DNA of 64,000 bases from Scenedesmus sp. PABB004 (Eukaryota), in the NCBI GenBank assembly GCA_014905635.1, contig JABVCE010000003.1, forward strand, positions 620,001 through 684,000, read 5' to 3'. The notes under the pieces were generated by a model. The model was not told where the DNA came from and did not search any database. It saw nothing but the letters and a program-made list of their open reading frames with translations. Of this stretch, positions 62,124-64,000 are shown one piece after another. A program made the translations under genes and the position numbers. Each line of letters opens with the position of its first letter. Positions within the stretch are counted from its first letter, which is position 1.

Positions 62124-62392
62124 GGCGGCGGCGGCGGCTGCAGCCAGTCCTCCTCCTGCCCGCGATACGCGCGGCGCCAGCCGGCGCCCGCCGGCGGCGG
62201 GCGCGGCTGCGCCGGCGCCGCCGGCTGCGGCGCGGGCTGCGGCGCGCCCCAGTTCAGCACCGGCAGCGCGAAAAGGCCGGCGGGCGCCACGGGGTGCGCG
62301 GGATCGGCCTGAGCCGGCGCGCCGGCGCGCTGCTGCGCCTCCTGCTGCCCGCCGCCGATCGGCGGCGGCGGCGGCTCCGGCTCCGGCTCCAT
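54663..62392 (-). CDS. Giant Fanzor1-type RNA-guided nuclease with N-terminal Sae2/CtIP-like and OTU-like domains (two introns; one apparent 1-nt frameshift at ~61119-61124)
   Basis: RuvC-I RIVGIDPGR (D 55587-55589), VLGIGDAS, RuvC-II MDEHRTS (E 54906-54908), CSVC...CPGC zinc finger, RuvC-III RDDNAARNI (D ~54798-54800), upstream FTLAPVPK. GT-AG introns 58788-58921 and 58546-58648 restore VRVCALRGAVRKPEVVPYLEALVCAYSRL. Confidence 0.85.
60130..60700 (-). other. OTU-like cysteine protease domain within the Fanzor ORF
   Basis: YALVHGRANGLCGFSLIAIAV (Cys at 60645-60647), LRSRTVELIRE, YPSEAELRALC, NHWAAVVP (His at 60150-60152); same order as OTU Cys loop, LR helix, E-helix and His strand. Confidence 0.6.
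60770..61690 (-). repeat. Intragenic tandem duplication (~464 bp unit) with shorter internal sub-repeats; Pro/Gly/Ser-rich linker
   Basis: GGGGALPAARGPGPGRAAALGGGGRGSPGPSSSSGSG...PPAAAP occurs twice; anchor ggcagcgcgccg at 61081 and 61545. Confidence 0.92.
61787..62023 (-). other. Sae2/CtIP (COM1) C-terminal domain
   Basis: FAYQEVVRGPARQDLPGHDCAQCRDFY...SRHRAKHAPPETPPGFWDIGF contains the EVVR, CxxC, RHR and TPxxFW motifs that define the CtIP/Sae2 domain. Confidence 0.88.
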
Positions 62393-63370
62393 GGCGCCCA
62401 GCGCGCCCTCAGCCGAGGCCGTGGCGCCTGACGGCGGGGCGGCGCGGCGCGGCGCGGGGCGGCGCGGGGCGGCGGCATGAATCTTCCGGAACGCGGCGGA
62501 GTGCGCGATCCGAGCGGCCGCGACGCACGCACCACACACGCGCCTCACAGGCTGCTGTCCATCGCGGCGCGCGCCGGCTTGGGCTTGGGCTGCCGGCAGC
62601 GCGCGCGCCCCAGTCGCCCGATCGACCGGCTGTGCATCGCGGAAGGCTCTCGCCGGGCGCGGGTGACCGCTGCGTGCCTCCGACCGTGAACGATCTGGTG
62701 CCCAAGCGCCGCGCACCGGATTGTGCAGACGGTCGCGGCGTGCCGCCTGAACCGCCGAGCAGCCCCGACGCGCGTGCTCGCCCGCCCGGGGGGCGGTACT
62801 CTGAATCGACGACGCTAATTGGAGATTCAGGCAGCTCATCGCCGGGGCAGCGCAGGCCGCGCGGGCCGCGCAGGCGTGGTGCAGGCGTGATGGCCCACGT
62901 CGACGACGCGACCGTGCTGCGCGACGCCGCGCTCGACGCGGCCGCGTTTGGCGGCCCGCCGCCCGCGCTCGGCACCGCGAGCACCGCGGTGCTGCCGCGC
63001 ACGGCGGTGGCGTGACCCACGGGCGGCGGCGGCGCAGCGGGCGCGCGACGGCCGGCAGGCGGGGCAGCAGGCGGGGCAGCAGACGTGGCAGCGCGCTGGC
63101 GGCGCGTCCGACGAGGCGGCAGCAGCGCAGGGGGGGGGGGATGCGACGAGGTGTGGCAAGCCAGCGGCTGGGCGGGTGGTGGTCGCGCGGGGCAGCGAGC
63201 GAGCCAGCGGTGGGGCGGGGTCCGGTGCCGGCGTGGGGCGATTCTTTGACCGTGGCTGGTGACAGCGGGCGCGTGCCAGTTGCGGGGGCGGGGCGGACGG
63301 GGGCGTTGGTTGCTTGCGCGCCACTAGCGCGGGGACGCTAATACTAGCAGCACAGCGGGGGGACGTGAGG

Positions 63371-63895
63371 TTAACCTAAGCTGCCCGACGCCGACGCGCT
63401 GCCGCGCCGCGCCGCGCCCGCCGCGCCCGCGCCCGACGCCGACGCGCTGCCAGCCCTCGCGCGCGCCGCCGCGGCCGCCGCCGCGCCCGGCCGCCGGCGG
63501 CGCCGCGCGGCGGCGTCGGCGACCTCGCGCCGCAGCTGCTCGACCAGGCGCGCCGCGAGGCGCGCGACCTCGTCGTCGTGGTGCGCGCGCAGGCCCTTCA
63601 GCGTCCGGCCCAGCTGCGGCGTCGCGGCCAGCTGCTCCTCTCCCAGGCGGTAGCAGGCGAGCTGGCGCAGCGCGCCGCGCACGCCCGCGAGCGCGCCCGG
63701 CGCGCCCGGCGGCGCACTCAGCGCCGCGAGCAGGCGCGCGAGCTCCGCGCCGTCGGCGCTCTGCGCCGGCAGGAGCACGACGCCCGCGCAGTCGGCTATG
63801 CGCGCCTGGCGCTGCGCCGTCCGCCTGCGCGGCTGCTGCTGCTGCTGCTGCTGCTCCTGCGTCAGGGGGGCGAAGAAGGCCGTTATCTTCGCCAT
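63371..63895 (-). CDS. Small TFIIS-N-terminal (Med26/LW-like) helical domain protein with PIP-box-like N-terminus
   Basis: ALRQLACYRLGEEQLAATPQLGRTLKGLRAHHDDEVARLAARLVEQLR; N-terminal KITAFF. Confidence 0.65.
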   Translation of the reverse strand: MAKITAFFAPLTQEQQQQQQQPRRRTAQRQARIADCAGVVLLPAQSADGAELARLLAALSAPPGAPGALAGVRGALRQLACYRLGEEQLAATPQLGRTLKGLRAHHDDEVARLAARLVEQLRREVADAAARRRRRPGAAAAAAARARAGSASASGAGAAGAARRGSASASGSLG

Positions 63896-64000
63896 CGCGC
63901 CGCCGCCGCGACGCAGCTGCGCGCGCAGCGGCTGCAGCGCTTGAACGGCGAGCGGCCGGGTGCGGCGTGCGCGGCGCGTGCGGCGGTGCAGACAGCTGCC

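Noticed and set aside
62890..63015. Short plus-strand ORF MAHVDDATVLRDAALDAAAFGG...
   Set aside because: 41 aa with no recognisable motif or supporting signal
54432..63312. Possible TIR pair (caacgcc at ~54439 and ggcgttg at ~63302)
   Set aside because: Only 7 bp match, which is expected by chance

Overview
Very GC-rich, intron-containing eukaryotic nuclear DNA, most likely from a chlorophyte green alga. Support: an EFL gene rather than canonical eEF1A, TGTAA poly(A) signals, and short GC-rich introns with CTCAC/CTGAC branch points. Host genes in order: a protein-kinase C-terminus, a NUMOD3 protein, COX10, a TFIIIC large (B-block) subunit, a START-domain protein, a TAF1A-like protein, HEATR6, RPS23, a HERP-like ubiquitin-like membrane protein, NFU1-type, RPL24, a YtqB/MnmM methyltransferase, EFL and a TFIIS-N-domain protein. 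Two local duplications each carry a secreted-protein gene: a ~2.6 kb-arm inverted repeat and a ~2.04 kb tandem duplication. The standout is a ~7.7 kb minus-strand gene (54663-62392) encoding a spliced Fanzor1-type (TnpB-like RuvC, D-E-D triad intact) RNA-guided nuclease. It appears fused N-terminally to an OTU-like cysteine-protease domain and a Sae2/CtIP C-terminal domain, and is followed by a hairpin-rich candidate omegaRNA. The Sae2 link requires correcting one 1-nt homopolymer deletion, and similar deletions occur in host genes here. All domain calls are by-eye motif recognition; no searches were run.
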